From Owenia fusiformis (Eukaryota), in contig CAIIXF020000001.1 in the NCBI GenBank assembly GCA_903813345.2, forward strand, positions 3,968,001-4,032,000: a stretch of 64,000 bases of DNA. Direction: 5' to 3'. Shown in pieces: positions 14,144-26,401 of the stretch; the stretch's first letter is position 1, and each line of letters begins with the position of its first letter. Made by a program: the position numbers and the translations under genes. The notes beneath the pieces are model-generated. The model searched no databases. It worked only from the letters and a program-made list of their open reading frames with translations, and was not told the DNA's origin.

Positions 14144-14639
14144 CACCAGTCTCAAATTAATAGATAGTAATACAATTTTTCACTCAAACACCAAAAAATC
14201 ATTTCAGTTTCAGGAATTTATATTTTATGTATATGCAAGTAAGAAGCATGTTATGTCTCAAAGGCCAAAAACTACATAAACAAAATACAGAGTCAAAAAT
14301 ATCACACTTGGAAGAGCAAAAACACCTTGCCCAACAATAACTCGTAATCAGGAATTACATACCAATTAAGACACGTGAGATTTGAAATTTGAGAGATCTG
14401 ATGATAGCAAGAAGTCATTAGCCGTCTTTTAACTTCAAGATCGTAGCACAAAACTTGATCAGTTCTAGTAATTGATTCCCTGTAACATCTGTATAAATAT
14501 GAAGTAAATTATATCAGAGCTTTAAGTATCTGTAAATTGGCTTGCATATTATGAAAAAACGACTATGGTGGTGCATACAATAATACAATAATTATATGAA
14601 TAGATAATAAAACCAGTATAAAAATACATACAAACAATA

Positions 14640-14816
14640 TACAGTGAAACATGTAAGTGGAACACCTCTAGAAGTGGAACGCCTATGCTAGTGGAACACT
14701 TTCAAAGTTCCAAGACTAAATGACTTAATGTTAAATGAACCTCTATTAGTGGAACACCTCCAAGTGGAACACTTCAGAGGTACCAAAGATGCTACACTTA
14801 GACAGGCTTTACTATA
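14640..14816. mobile_element. Tc1/pogo-like MITE (TA target)
   Basis: ta-cagtgaaacatgt ... acaggctttacta-ta with internal gtggaacac repeats. Confidence 0.6.
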
Positions 14817-16429
14817 CACATAAAAATAATCAATTATTACAAGGATTATACTGTTTGCATCTAAGCAATTTCACCATATATTGTCATTAAAGCTATATTT
14901 CACCAAAGCATCTTTTAATTTACACTTTAACCATTTCTCTTTTCAAATATATATGCAATGTTCATAGGGGCATCAGCATATGGTAAAACAAATAGCAAAA
15001 ATATTTCTAGCGTTATTTAATTATTTTGTGACATCATTTGGTTGCTCTGGGTTCATCACCAAATTTTGACAGATAAAGTATATATAAATACATAATTTAA
15101 ACAGAAGTTTGATAAAATCATAAGACAATTTTAATTGCCATTACTATTTAGTTTAAAAATATTTAAGCAACTCTAGAGGAAATATCTATTTATTTGCTTT
15201 AGGCATTCAAAAAACTTGAAACTACAAAGTTATTTCCTTTGCCTTTACTCTAAAAATTATGATTGGATTCTAGGTGTACATTGAATCTGTACATTGAATC
15301 TTTTAAGTAGTTTGAGTCTTATCCACTGAAATCACAATCTCAGTATATCATTAATACCATGTTGTTTTTTAATCAGTATTTACCAAGAATATATTTACAA
15401 GATGTGTCACCAAACTGTAGTAATGAGACGAATGGCTCAAACAATCATTCAAAGTAAAAAAAAATCAGATGTGAAGTTTGTAAAAATTCATGTTTATCCA
15501 GAGAATGTATGTTATGCAACACAACCAATTAAACCTATTATAAATTCCAATTGTAATGAAAGCAAAAATATTGCAAAAATTCAAAATTGTAACTTACCAA
15601 GATTATAAAAGCCAAGTGACAGCTTATATGTATGTACATGTCTATCAAGTATATCCTATTGTAATAATAGTCAATTTATGGCAAATGCTCCCAAGCTTAT
15701 TAAAGCAAATATGCTCACATGCTACAGCTTATTTCTAACTGTACTAAAATCTATTGCACAAATATATAACTGTCGTGAAATCTATTCCACCGTAGGCAGT
15801 TATTTCGAGAATCACTTCTCTTTCATTATATTCATTAATATTCAATTACTAATGACTGAATTCGCCAGCATAAGTCATCTAAAAGCAGATGCCTACACCT
15901 AAGGGAGCTATATAATGGTGATGTCTAGTAGCAAATCCCATCAAGCTTTTAATAAGTACCAGATTAGCACACAAGACATATTGCCACAAGATATTTTGTC
16001 ATTCTTGCACATATTTACATAAAAAATATTGACAAAATCATTCGATCACTTTTCAAACTACAACGTAAAATGTAAAATAATTATTAACACATATAAAAAA
16101 TGGCCTCCATTTTTCAAAATAGCCAACATATTGAGCAATATGAAACAATGTCTCACACTTTTAATGTAAAATGAAGGGATGCTATTTTTCAAAAAGGAAG
16201 TTTTCAAAAGAAAATGTATTCACACATTTATTTACAAGCAAAATTGTCATAAGACAGTGTGATCCTGCACAATGTCAACAAATTCCCTAAAACTACATGT
16301 ATGTCTTTCAAGTAACAGCAAAAAATGTATAGATGTATAGACCACGGTGTATAACCCAAACGCTCCTACATGCACGACGGAGCGTTTCATAACTGAAATT
16401 AAACAAAGAAACGCTCCGGAGTAGGAAAA

Positions 16430-16976
16430 CTGGCTGGCGGGAATGATGAGCCGTCTGACGATTTCCCCAATAATGGGAATAAGAGGTATGAGTTACATAT
16501 TTTCGAGTATACCATTCGATGGATGTGATATTCATGTTGTACTTGGCTGGCTGTTGACGTTTGAAGCAATTAGGAAGAGCTGTACGAAGCAGTATAGATA
16601 TCAAAATCCAAAAACGTATTTGTCATTCTACTGGTCAAAACCCATTTTGTCGTTACATGTGATTAGTTGAGCCAAGATTAGAGCACCAACGTATATTTTA
16701 GTCAAATTCCAATGCTTCAACGCACCATACATTATCGTAATAGTGATATGATGACCGAAAATCCAGTCTTAAAAATGATGACATTCTCATATTCAAGAAA
16801 CGCTCCAATCTGGTTAACAAAGTGAACTGGAAACGCTCCGGTAGTCTAGATCTGTTTAGGAAATATATAGCTTGACTTTCCTTTTCAGGAAGAGAAAGAA
16901 ATTAAGATCTATTAAACCCCTTGGCATCAAAAGAAGAAAGATTCATTCACATATTAATTTTCGTTTTTTTCTATAG
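16430..16976 (+). pseudogene. Left-end spliced ORF remnant of the Transib/RAG-like element (basic, NLS-like N-terminus)
   Basis: Exon 16430-16485 (CTG in aaaaCTGGC context; AGGNDEPSDDFPNNGNK), AG|gtatga donor, ttccttttcag acceptor at 16888, exon 16889-16976 continuing in frame RKRKKLRSIKPLGIKRRKIHSH... to a stop. Confidence 0.45.
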
Positions 16977-17028
16977 TTTTATGATCTAGCACACATGTAG
17001 GCATGACATCATCTAATGTAGGCTTAAA

Positions 17029-17509
17029 TCAGCTAGTTGCACGTTTAGCACCACCAGGTTCAGATGTCTTAATTTGCCTAACAAGTACAACACGTGTATG
17101 AGAGATAGATTCGATTCGGAACTCTTCTCTAATAATCTGAAAATGATATAAAAAAGTAACAAACAAGCGATTTCTTGAGAATAAGTAATGGATTTGGACT
17201 GGGAATTTAAGAAATGAGAATATACGAGTTTGTGATCTACTACTTTAAGAGAAATATTAACGTTTTCATAGAAATACTAGTTTAATTCGTAATTTGTGGT
17301 CAATTCGTCATCTTCAGATTCCTTCGATCTACACTACGGAGCTTTGATCAAGCAAATAACAGTTTACCACCAGAAGTTGAATAAATAAGATCTTTGCTCA
17401 CCGTATTGTTCATCGAATGGTACATAATATTTCACCAAAACATATGATATGTAAGAGAAACGAGAGAAACAATACTTACGGTCATAGTGGAGTCTTCATT
17501 AGCCGCCAT
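17029..17509 (-). pseudogene. Right-end spliced ORF remnant of the Transib/RAG-like element
   Basis: aaaATGGCG start, exon 17480-17509 (MAANEDSTMT), gtaagt donor, ttttcag acceptor ending at 17137, exon from 17136 in frame IIREEFRIESISHTRVVLVRQIKTSEPGGAKRATS*; frame stays open for FKPTLDDVMPTCVLDH after the TGA. Confidence 0.55.
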
Positions 17510-19400
17510 TTTATTTCGCTCCGGAGCGTTTCCGCGTAAATGAAACGCTCCGTCGTGCATGTAGGAGCGTTTGGGTTATACACCGTGTAGACAGACCAAT
17601 GATGGATCAATTTAGGATCAATTTATCAATGGGATAATTATTTTTCTTACTAGAAGTGCACTAAATGTATAATATATAATATCATTGAAAATTTAATTTA
17701 ATGTCAAATAGTTCGATTTAGCAGGAAATCAACAAGCAAAGTTTATCATCATGAAATTGGGTTTCCGGTGTTTATTGTGGCGATATCCTCCTGTTATTCA
17801 TTTTGCCAATATATATCAAATTTATTTTTTAATGTTATTATTATACATTTAGTACACTAAGTGTAGGATAACTCTTTAGTCCAAGAACAGGTAGTTATTA
17901 AAAGTGAATTACTGAAGAGGACTAATCAGTTCCATTTTCATAATACTCATAACTTAAGAGACACACTAATGGGAGGAATCTCCCAATACACACCACTCAT
18001 CTACTGATTACTATTGAATTCCTGAGTACATTAAGCTCACCAAATTAGAAGTATTGTCCCACTTATTCCCCGAGGTGTATTGATCAGTTTTTCTCTGTTT
18101 GTTTACAAATATAAAATGCTATCATTTTCCTGTTTTGATGTTTCCCCTTACCAATTGCACTTAACCAGAAAATTGTCTCTAGCTAAAACCATGGCAACAG
18201 TTAAATTCAATTATAATACAAATTCAAATAGATATAGGAAAGACCAAAAAACACAATGCATAATCTAAAAGAGTGGCCCCTCTGGGAATAGAACATGTGA
18301 CAGTTAACGACAAGGTGTCATATTTGTTTTCACAAATCTACCAAAAAGTGGTATAAGCCACCCAAAGGGGCTTCTTAAAAACCATTCTTTATCCATATAA
18401 TTCTAGAATGCATATAATTCCATATATTCTAGAATGCAATAAATGTGAGTATTGGTACTTTTTAATGATTAGATTAAATGGAAGAACTGTGATAAAATAA
18501 AACATCTTTTATCTCATGCTGTTTTCATCCTATGATTCCAATAACTATAGACAAGAAGAGATTATTTAAGAATGTTTAATGGAAAATCGTGATTCCTAGT
18601 GTCCATTAAGTTTTGCTAAGTAAATAGTAAGCAATTACTAGATTCTGCAAGTAGAAAATGGAATATCCATAAAACATCATAAATGAAATCCTTAGAATGT
18701 AGTGGGTGATGATAGCCTTGACACAAAAATTGCACACCTTGTCTAAGTGATAAAAACAAAGATTTTCATTCGCTCAAGGATTTATGAAATCGAGTTCATC
18801 CTGTTCATACATATGGAAACATATCCTTGTTGTTGTTATGGTTACAAGATATGAGTTATAAAAAAATAGGGCACACTTATATTGATCTATCAAGACAATT
18901 TTTGGTAGTATGAGTCATTATACACAATGAAATAATAATATTTTCCCACTGATTCATGATATTCAAAGTTATTAATATTTTTATCAAGATTACCTGATGA
19001 GATAACTAATAAAATGATTAAACATAGTGCCTCTTCTCTTTATCTTCCTGTCAGTCAATTGCTTAATAGGATTTTAGATGAGAATATTTTCCCAGACATC
19101 TGGAAAGAAGGCACTGTCATTCCAATATCTAAGAAAGGGGAAAGAGGTACAATATGTAATTATAGACCACTGACCCTCTTATGTAGTTTTTCTAAAATAT
19201 TGGAAAGGATCATTCATAAAAGACTTCTTCTCCACTTGCTAGAAAATAATTGATTATACAAATTTCAAAGTGGCTTTTTACCAAAACATAATACAGTGAA
19301 TCAACTTATACATATTGTTTATGACCTTCATACGAACATCAATAATGGGAAAAATGTGCGTTCCATATTTCTTGATCTCATGTCAGCGTTTGACCTAGTT

Positions 19401-21554
19401 TGACCTAGACCTGGACATTCATAAAGCTACTGGCCCCGACCTTATTTCTAATCACATGTTAAAACTCACAGCTCATACTCTAGCCCAACCACTATCCACA
19501 CTCTTCAACATCATGTTATCCAAAGGTGTATTCCCATCTACGTGGAAACTAGCAAATGTATGTCCTATATTCAAGAAAAACGATAAATGTAACATTAACA
19601 ACTATAGACCAATAGCCCTCTTGAGTACTATTTCTAAATTACTTGAAAAGATCATTGCAAATCGAATAACAAAACATCTCCTTTCTAATGACCTCCTTTT
19701 CAAATACCAATCTGGCTTCCTCCCTGGCCACAGCACTCAATCTCAACTAGCAGCAATTGAACATTACCTACAAGACAATATAAATAACAAGAAATCTGTA
19801 AAAACTATCTTTTTAGACATTGCTTCTGCATTTGACCGTGTCCCCCACACTTTACTATTACACAAACTAAAAGCTTATGGCATAAGGGGCATGCTACTCA
19901 AACTACTCAAAAATTACTTACTAGATCGCAGAATAAAGGTTAACATATCTGGCATATCCTCTAACATATCCGACCCACACTTTATCAACTGTGGCGTTCC
20001 CCAAGGCTCAATCATTGGTCCCATATTGTTCCTAGTATATATAAATGACTTACCTGATAACCTAGACTCCAAATGTTTCATATATGCTGACGACACCTCA
20101 ATATATTTCCCCTTTGACCCAAATAGCCCTAGTGATATTGATCAGACTGTTGCTCGTAATCTCCTTGCTATTGAAAATTGGTCACTTACTTGGAAATTAA
20201 CATTTAAACCTGAAAAAAGCTTTGAACTTATTTTCCACAGTTCCAGAACCAATAATGTAAATATAAATCACTCAAACCTTTTCAACCAAGTTATTCAGAG
20301 AGTACCAAGTCACAAACATCTGGGATATGTCTTTGACCAACTCCTATCAAATAAAGACCACATCTTAGGTCTTCGAAATAAAATTACCAAACTCACAAAT
20401 CCCCTTAAAGCCCTCAAATCTAAACTGACATCTTCTCACTTGGAAACACTTTTTAAGTCCTACATTCTCCCACACTTTGACAATGGATCACTTCTTTTTG
20501 ACTCATCTTCCAAGTATTTACTTGGATATCTAAATAGTGCCTACTATCAATGTGCTCTTATCTGTTCAGGTTGTCTACCAGGAACCAGCACAACTAAAGT
20601 TCTTAACATATTAAATTGGCCAAGCCTAGAAACTAGACGAAAACTCCAAATTAACAACTTCATGTTCAATGTTAGTAAAGGTACATCTCCACCATACATA
20701 AACGATATTTTTGATAAGTTTCGATGTGATACTCAAAGAGAACTACGACATACTCGCCCCTTTAGGCTACCCAACCATGCCACTACTAAATACCTGAACT
20801 CCTGCATACCAAATGCAATCTCCCATTGGCTATCTGTACCAAAGAATATTCAAACAAGTAAAACCCTCATTGCCTTTAAGAACAACAATCGCAAGCACCT
20901 TCTCAACCTTGACATAAACATAATCCCTACCTCAATGCTAAATATTTCTAGAAATGAAGAAACACTTATTAATAGGTTTAGGGTAGACCTGCTCTTCAGG
21001 GCTCAACTCTTTGCCCACAATTACACCTTCATCAGCTCTCCTAATTGTTCTTGTGGTCTACCCGAAACTCCAAAACACTTCTTTTTTCACTGCCCTCTGA
21101 ATGAAAATGCAAGAACCATCTTTTTCAATACTCTCTATACTGAAACTCCTTTGATCCCCACTAACCAATCCACACTTTTAGAATACCTAGCCTTTGGCAA
21201 TCATAATTTTAGCAAGGATGAAAACACAAAAATCTTTACTCTGACTTCTACCTTTATTAAGAGATGGCTTACCCCATATTGAACAAGACTGAAGAAGACT
21301 ATCTTAGAACCTATTGTACCCTGCCTTGTCATGCAAATATAAATTACATTGTCCCTCTGCCCTGTATTTCCCCCAGTCCCAGCCCAGCTCAGACCCCCCC
21401 CCCCCCTTCCACCCCTCTTCATCTTTTTCCCCGCTTGGCTAGAGTGCTTATAATGCCAAAATGGTGATTAGCACTTGAATATGCTCTCTTGTATTTACTA
21501 TATTACCCCATGTACATCTATTTTTTTATAAATAAATAAAAAAAAAAAAAAAAA
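19401..21554 (+). mobile_element. 5'-truncated CR1/L2-like non-LTR retrotransposon with uninterrupted RT ORF and poly(A) tail
   Basis: ORF 19456-21282; poly(A) to ~21554; TSD acctagtt at 19393-19400 and 21555-21562. Confidence 0.92.
19456..21282 (+). CDS. LINE ORF2 reverse transcriptase (5'-truncated, no endonuclease domain)
   Basis: NYRPIALL, QSGF, FLDIASAFDRV, GVPQGSIIGP, YADD motifs; C-terminal CSCG...ETPKHFFFHC zinc-knuckle-like motif. Confidence 0.9.
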   Translation: MLKLTAHTLAQPLSTLFNIMLSKGVFPSTWKLANVCPIFKKNDKCNINNYRPIALLSTISKLLEKIIANRITKHLLSNDLLFKYQSGFLPGHSTQSQLAAIEHYLQDNINNKKSVKTIFLDIASAFDRVPHTLLLHKLKAYGIRGMLLKLLKNYLLDRRIKVNISGISSNISDPHFINCGVPQGSIIGPILFLVYINDLPDNLDSKCFIYADDTSIYFPFDPNSPSDIDQTVARNLLAIENWSLTWKLTFKPEKSFELIFHSSRTNNVNINHSNLFNQVIQRVPSHKHLGYVFDQLLSNKDHILGLRNKITKLTNPLKALKSKLTSSHLETLFKSYILPHFDNGSLLFDSSSKYLLGYLNSAYYQCALICSGCLPGTSTTKVLNILNWPSLETRRKLQINNFMFNVSKGTSPPYINDIFDKFRCDTQRELRHTRPFRLPNHATTKYLNSCIPNAISHWLSVPKNIQTSKTLIAFKNNNRKHLLNLDINIIPTSMLNISRNEETLINRFRVDLLFRAQLFAHNYTFISSPNCSCGLPETPKHFFFHCPLNENARTIFFNTLYTETPLIPTNQSTLLEYLAFGNHNFSKDENTKIFTLTSTFIKRWLTPY

Positions 21555-24500
21555 ACCTAGTTCCACACCATCTACTTATAAAAAAAACTTTAAGCCTACG
21601 GATGTAATGACAATTTTATCTCCTTAATGACATATTATCTTTCAAACAGGAGAACGCAAGTACGGGTAAACAAAAGTTTGGTCAACCCATTTCAAGGTTT
21701 AAAAGGTCAGTGAGAGAGCACACGAGCCTTGTCTCTGTATCAACTACGAAAATGACTAGGTGTATGGCAAGGCAAATAGAAATCAAATTCAATAGACTTA
21801 GAGCTGGTCTACTTTTGAACAGTCACTTTTATTCTCATAATTTTGTTTCGGTAACAGATCCCAAATGTCAATGTGGTGAAAATTTCAAACCACTGAACAC
21901 TTTTTAATCAAGTGTCCACTGCTACTTAATGGATGTGAAGTTCTTCTTGCAGGACTATTAGACTTGAACTGTTTACGCGAGTTTGAACCTTATTCAATTC
22001 AAAGGAAAGCATATTTTCTATTGAATGGAGATAAAAATTTGGACATTGAAACAAATAAAAAACTGATTGAAATCACTGCTCACTATACTTTTCAAGCTAT
22101 ACAAAGACATGGTAATTTTCAATGTTAGATTTTGATACCATAACTTGGGACTGGGGAACAAGCAAACCAAACAACAACAAAAAAGAAAAAATCTTCTCTG
22201 AACATTTCTAAATATCAAATTTTTATTTATCAACATTGTTTCAATTGTCGATAATGTTGTCCTGTCAACAATGGCAATTTGTACATATGTAATCTATTGA
22301 TTTATAGAAATAAATGTATATAAAAAAAAATCAAGAAGGTGAATTTTCATAAATATATTTTTTCAAATAATTGTGGTTTCCTACAGAATAATCACAATTT
22401 CTTTAAAGAGAATCTGATTTTTTTAAAAATTTAAAATATACATTTTCTCATTGAAACCTATGTTAAATTAAAATCTTTTTCTTGAAATAACCAAACGGTC
22501 AATCGTTTTAATTTTTACATGTTTTGTTAAACATCAGTATATTTTTCACCTAGATTTTTTCAAGAAAATCTGAATTGTAGAAAAAAGTTGATCTAAAAGG
22601 ACAAATGCATTTATCTGGGATAAAGTGGAAGACAACATTTCCAATGTTATTTTCCCATATGAAAAACTCACGCAATCCATTGTTTTCAGCTTAATATTGG
22701 TCACCCATAATTGATATCTTTAAAACCTTTGAATAAATGCATTTTCCCTTTTTCCTGATATATGCCATCATGTTTTCAAGTATATCGAGGGGTTTCACTA
22801 GAAATTCTCACAACAGGCTAAATAAATGAAACCAACAGGCAAAATTAATGGAAATCAAAAATTTAACATGGAAAAGTTGAAAAGCCACTAAAAGTCACTA
22901 GGCGATTTTGTGAAAACAACCGGTGAAAATCGCCTGTTGCCTGCTGCTAATGAAACCTCTGATATCTATCATCTGATCGTTCTACAATTTTTCCATAATT
23001 ATTTTGTTTTGAGAATTTCCAATCATGTAAAAACAGATGCAGGTTGTCTGTTATAACTGCATTGGCTTCACAATTAATATCAACATGGATTGCAATTTAT
23101 ACTACAAAATAGTACATATTTTGTTATAACATTTTATTACATGATAAATGAAGATATTTAATTCATGTAAATGTTCAGTCAAAAAAATCAAGAGGACTTA
23201 GAAATGGCGGTGACAGGTGAAATAGATACTATATATAAGCATAAAATGAATGTAGATACCATATATAGACATAAAATGAATGTAGATACTACCTAAAAGG
23301 AATGCCTGGAGCAGTTTTAATTTGAACCACCCGACAAATTTGACAGACAAATGAATAGACAGACAAATGCCTAGTTGATCCTACAGGCTTGCTGTGTGAG
23401 CCAACAAAATAAACTAATAAAAAATATTTAAGGAGGTATAACTCAGACAGAACCATTTAGGATGACCAATTTGATCAACTGCTTCTGTGATTGATCACCA
23501 TATGAGCCTATTAATAGTCTCAGAAGACTGTATTCATATTATACATTTATTCACTATAAAGTTTACAAACAACAATTTATGGTTACTTAGTGAAAATATC
23601 AATATATGGATGTGCACCTATGGATGTTAAAAATACATAACATAATGATATTATCATTGTCCATCAACTATAAATGCAACTTTTAATTAAAGCTAGATCA
23701 GGCATACACAAAATACACCACCAAGTAGCCACTCCAATGTTAATGGACTGCAGAACTTGTAATCCTCCTTGGTATGTGTGCATATTAAAGAAAACCCAAC
23801 AAATGTTTTTTTCTTGAATCACCATGACAGAGAGCAGGATGCTATAATAATGATGAAAACCACAATAACAATCATTCCACCATCTTGACGACTATATCCC
23901 ACTGGTGGGCTGATAAAAATTCAATAAATGCATAATTACATTTTTGAGCGGAAAGGTGTCGACTCAATGATTGAAAAAATGTAATTACGTATTAGGCCAC
24001 TTAAGATACCATTTACAGATATTAAGTTGCTATTAATAATGTAAAAGACAAACAATAGTTTTTCCAATGTGTAACTCGATCACATTGAATCTGGAATACC
24101 ATGTATAATGTATAACATTTAAAGCCACTTGTAAACAAAACCCCACAGAAGATTGATTGAGGGGGTACATACTGGGATTCCCCAAATAATGTTACGCTAT
24201 ATTTTTTTACTCCCAAAGTGTAAATAATGATGGAATCCTCTTGATATTCTTGTGTAAAATAAAATATTTTGCATATTAGGGGATGCTTTGAAGGTTATTC
24301 TGTGGAATTTCATAAAACATTATGGGAAATTGAAAAGTTATCAGGAAAATGAGAGATTAATGACTTGTTCTGTCCCTGCTACAAATGCTTTTGTTTTGTA
24401 GCTATGACAATCTTTTCATATTACAATGTAATCGAGAGGTTTTAAATAAACATAATAAAAACATCATTGGAGAGAATATAGAAGGATTGTGTTGATATTA

Positions 24501-25819
24501 CTATATATAGAAATAAAATATAATTTCATAACAAGCAATTACTGTATATTTGAAGTGTGAAGACACAAAAACAAATAAAAAGGCATTAACATGCAAAATG
24601 TCACAACCTGTCATTTGTTACAGATGCCAACTTCTGAACACTAACTAAGATCCACAAAAAGGTTGGAGACTATAAAAATAGGTCACCGCTTGTGGTGGTG
24701 ACATTAAAATTGGGATTTGGATGTTTGCTGATGATTGATTGTATAATATTGTTCTGTCTATCCTACATTTATCTATTATAAGTGCAATTCAAACAATGAT
24801 TTGACAAATTATATTTGAAATTAAACATGAAAAAGTATAAGTTGGCAATCAGTAGATTTCGAATGAGTTCTCATTGATTGGCAATTGAGACTGGTATATA
24901 TTTTTGTACTTTCAGTTTAGTTAGTATTTGTAGTTAAGATACTTATTTATCATGTTGTAACTAATGTGATCATGTTACAATACAGTTATATGCATTTGAT
25001 GATTTTTATTGCTATTTACTGTTGTTTTAGATATTTCTCATGCTTAGATTTGTTTTATTGATGTTCATCCAATATGTCATTATTAAAAATGGCACAGAAA
25101 ATTTGTGAAGAAAAACATATCGTTCAGCGATAGAGATATTGGTTCGAATCTTTTGGACTGTTGATTATGAATTTATAGTCAGTTATAAGGTCAGAAAATA
25201 ATGACATTCTGACATCTTCATTGTTGGAAAATATTGAGTTGTGTCCCTTGTGGTCAATTATCCTTGCTTTAAATCAGTGAACATGGAGCGATTCAATACC
25301 TGGCTATATATTGTACTGTTGAGGATCAGTCACTGAAGATGGTATTCCACCAGCCCTTCCAAAAGATACACAGGTATTCACCTCAGAAGAGTTGAATTTT
25401 CCAACCTCCTAGAGTAGTAATAAAATGTCCCATGTGCCATATACATAGTACTATGTACCTCAAGATCGTTACATATTAATAAGTCAATTTTGGTAATAAC
25501 CTATATGAGTAATAAAACCCTTGCATTACTCGATAGATAAAATACCATCTAAAAGATGTTTAAATGCATACAACTATTGTCAGAACCTTTTCAAATCCAA
25601 ATTGTTTCTATTTCCAAAAGCTTTATAATATGATACAATACACAATAATATTAACATAATCTGCAAATTATTAATGGAAATCTTTTTTAAGAGATTTTAA
25701 ATGGCAAAAATATTAAAATATTACCACATTAAATATTAGTCTTACAAGCGTATTAGTCTTAAACTATAATTAACAATTTTAGAACATTTTTAGCCGATGA
25801 AATATCACGAAAAAATCAT

Positions 25820-26245
25820 ATGGATAATTATAGGATATCCTATGATTTTGAGGAATATCATTTTTATCTTTGAGGTGATATTGATATCTGCACGAGAGAG
25901 CGAAGCGAACGAGTGCATATATCAATATCACCGAGTAGATTAAAATGATATTCTGAAAAAAATCATAGGATGTTCTTATTATCCTACACTTACAAGGAGT
26001 GTACTAAATGTATAATATCATTGCAAAATGAATTTCATGCCAAATAGAGTCAATTTGGCGGGAAATCAACAAGCGGAGTATATCGTCACAATATCCTCCG
26101 CATATTGGGTTTTCCGGAGTATATCGTCACGATATCCTCCGCCCGGAGTATATCGTTACGATATCCTCCGGATATTCATTTTGCCAATAAATATCAAATT
26201 TATTTTTTAATGTTATTATACATTTAGTACACTTAGTGTAGGATA
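25820..26245. mobile_element. Palindromic (foldback) non-autonomous element, multicopy
   Basis: Two nested inverted-repeat arms: one around a gcgaagcg loop, the other ttatcctacact...agtgtaggataa; partial homologues at 17630-17871 and ~5835-6010. Confidence 0.6.
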
Positions 26246-26401
26246 ATGCATATTATTGCTTTGTATAAAGTTCATCTTGTTGTTCTAGTGTTTTGCTGGC
26301 ATCTTGTTGTCATTCCAGCATTTTAGTTAAAAGCCATTGGGGTTATCACTGTTCTGATTATGAGCGTCTATATAACCTTTCCTCGTATCTTCTACTTCTG
26401 G

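Larger units (their letters stand above)
16343..17587. mobile_element. Transib/RAG-like superfamily DNA transposon, internally deleted, with remnants of two convergent spliced genes
   Basis: Perfect 48-bp TIRs (16343-16390, 17540-17587) starting CACGGTG; exact 5-bp TSD tagac (16338-16342, 17588-17592); repeated gaaacgctcc boxes; inward-facing spliced ORF remnants at both ends. Confidence 0.8.
18990..22330 (+). mobile_element. Older decayed CR1/L2-like LINE (RT fragments), split by a younger LINE and internally deleted
   Basis: PDEITNKMIK...FPDIWK...NYRPLTLL...FQSGF...FLDLMSAFDLV | PHHLLIKKL*AYG resumes at 21563; C-terminal NRLRAG...CQCG...EHF motif; aataaa and an A-run at 22308-22330. Confidence 0.85.

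Noticed and set aside
16443-16670. 75-aa plus-strand ORF inside the Transib/RAG-like element as a transposase
   Set aside because: No DDE or zinc-finger motif; mostly within the predicted intron of the left gene stub.
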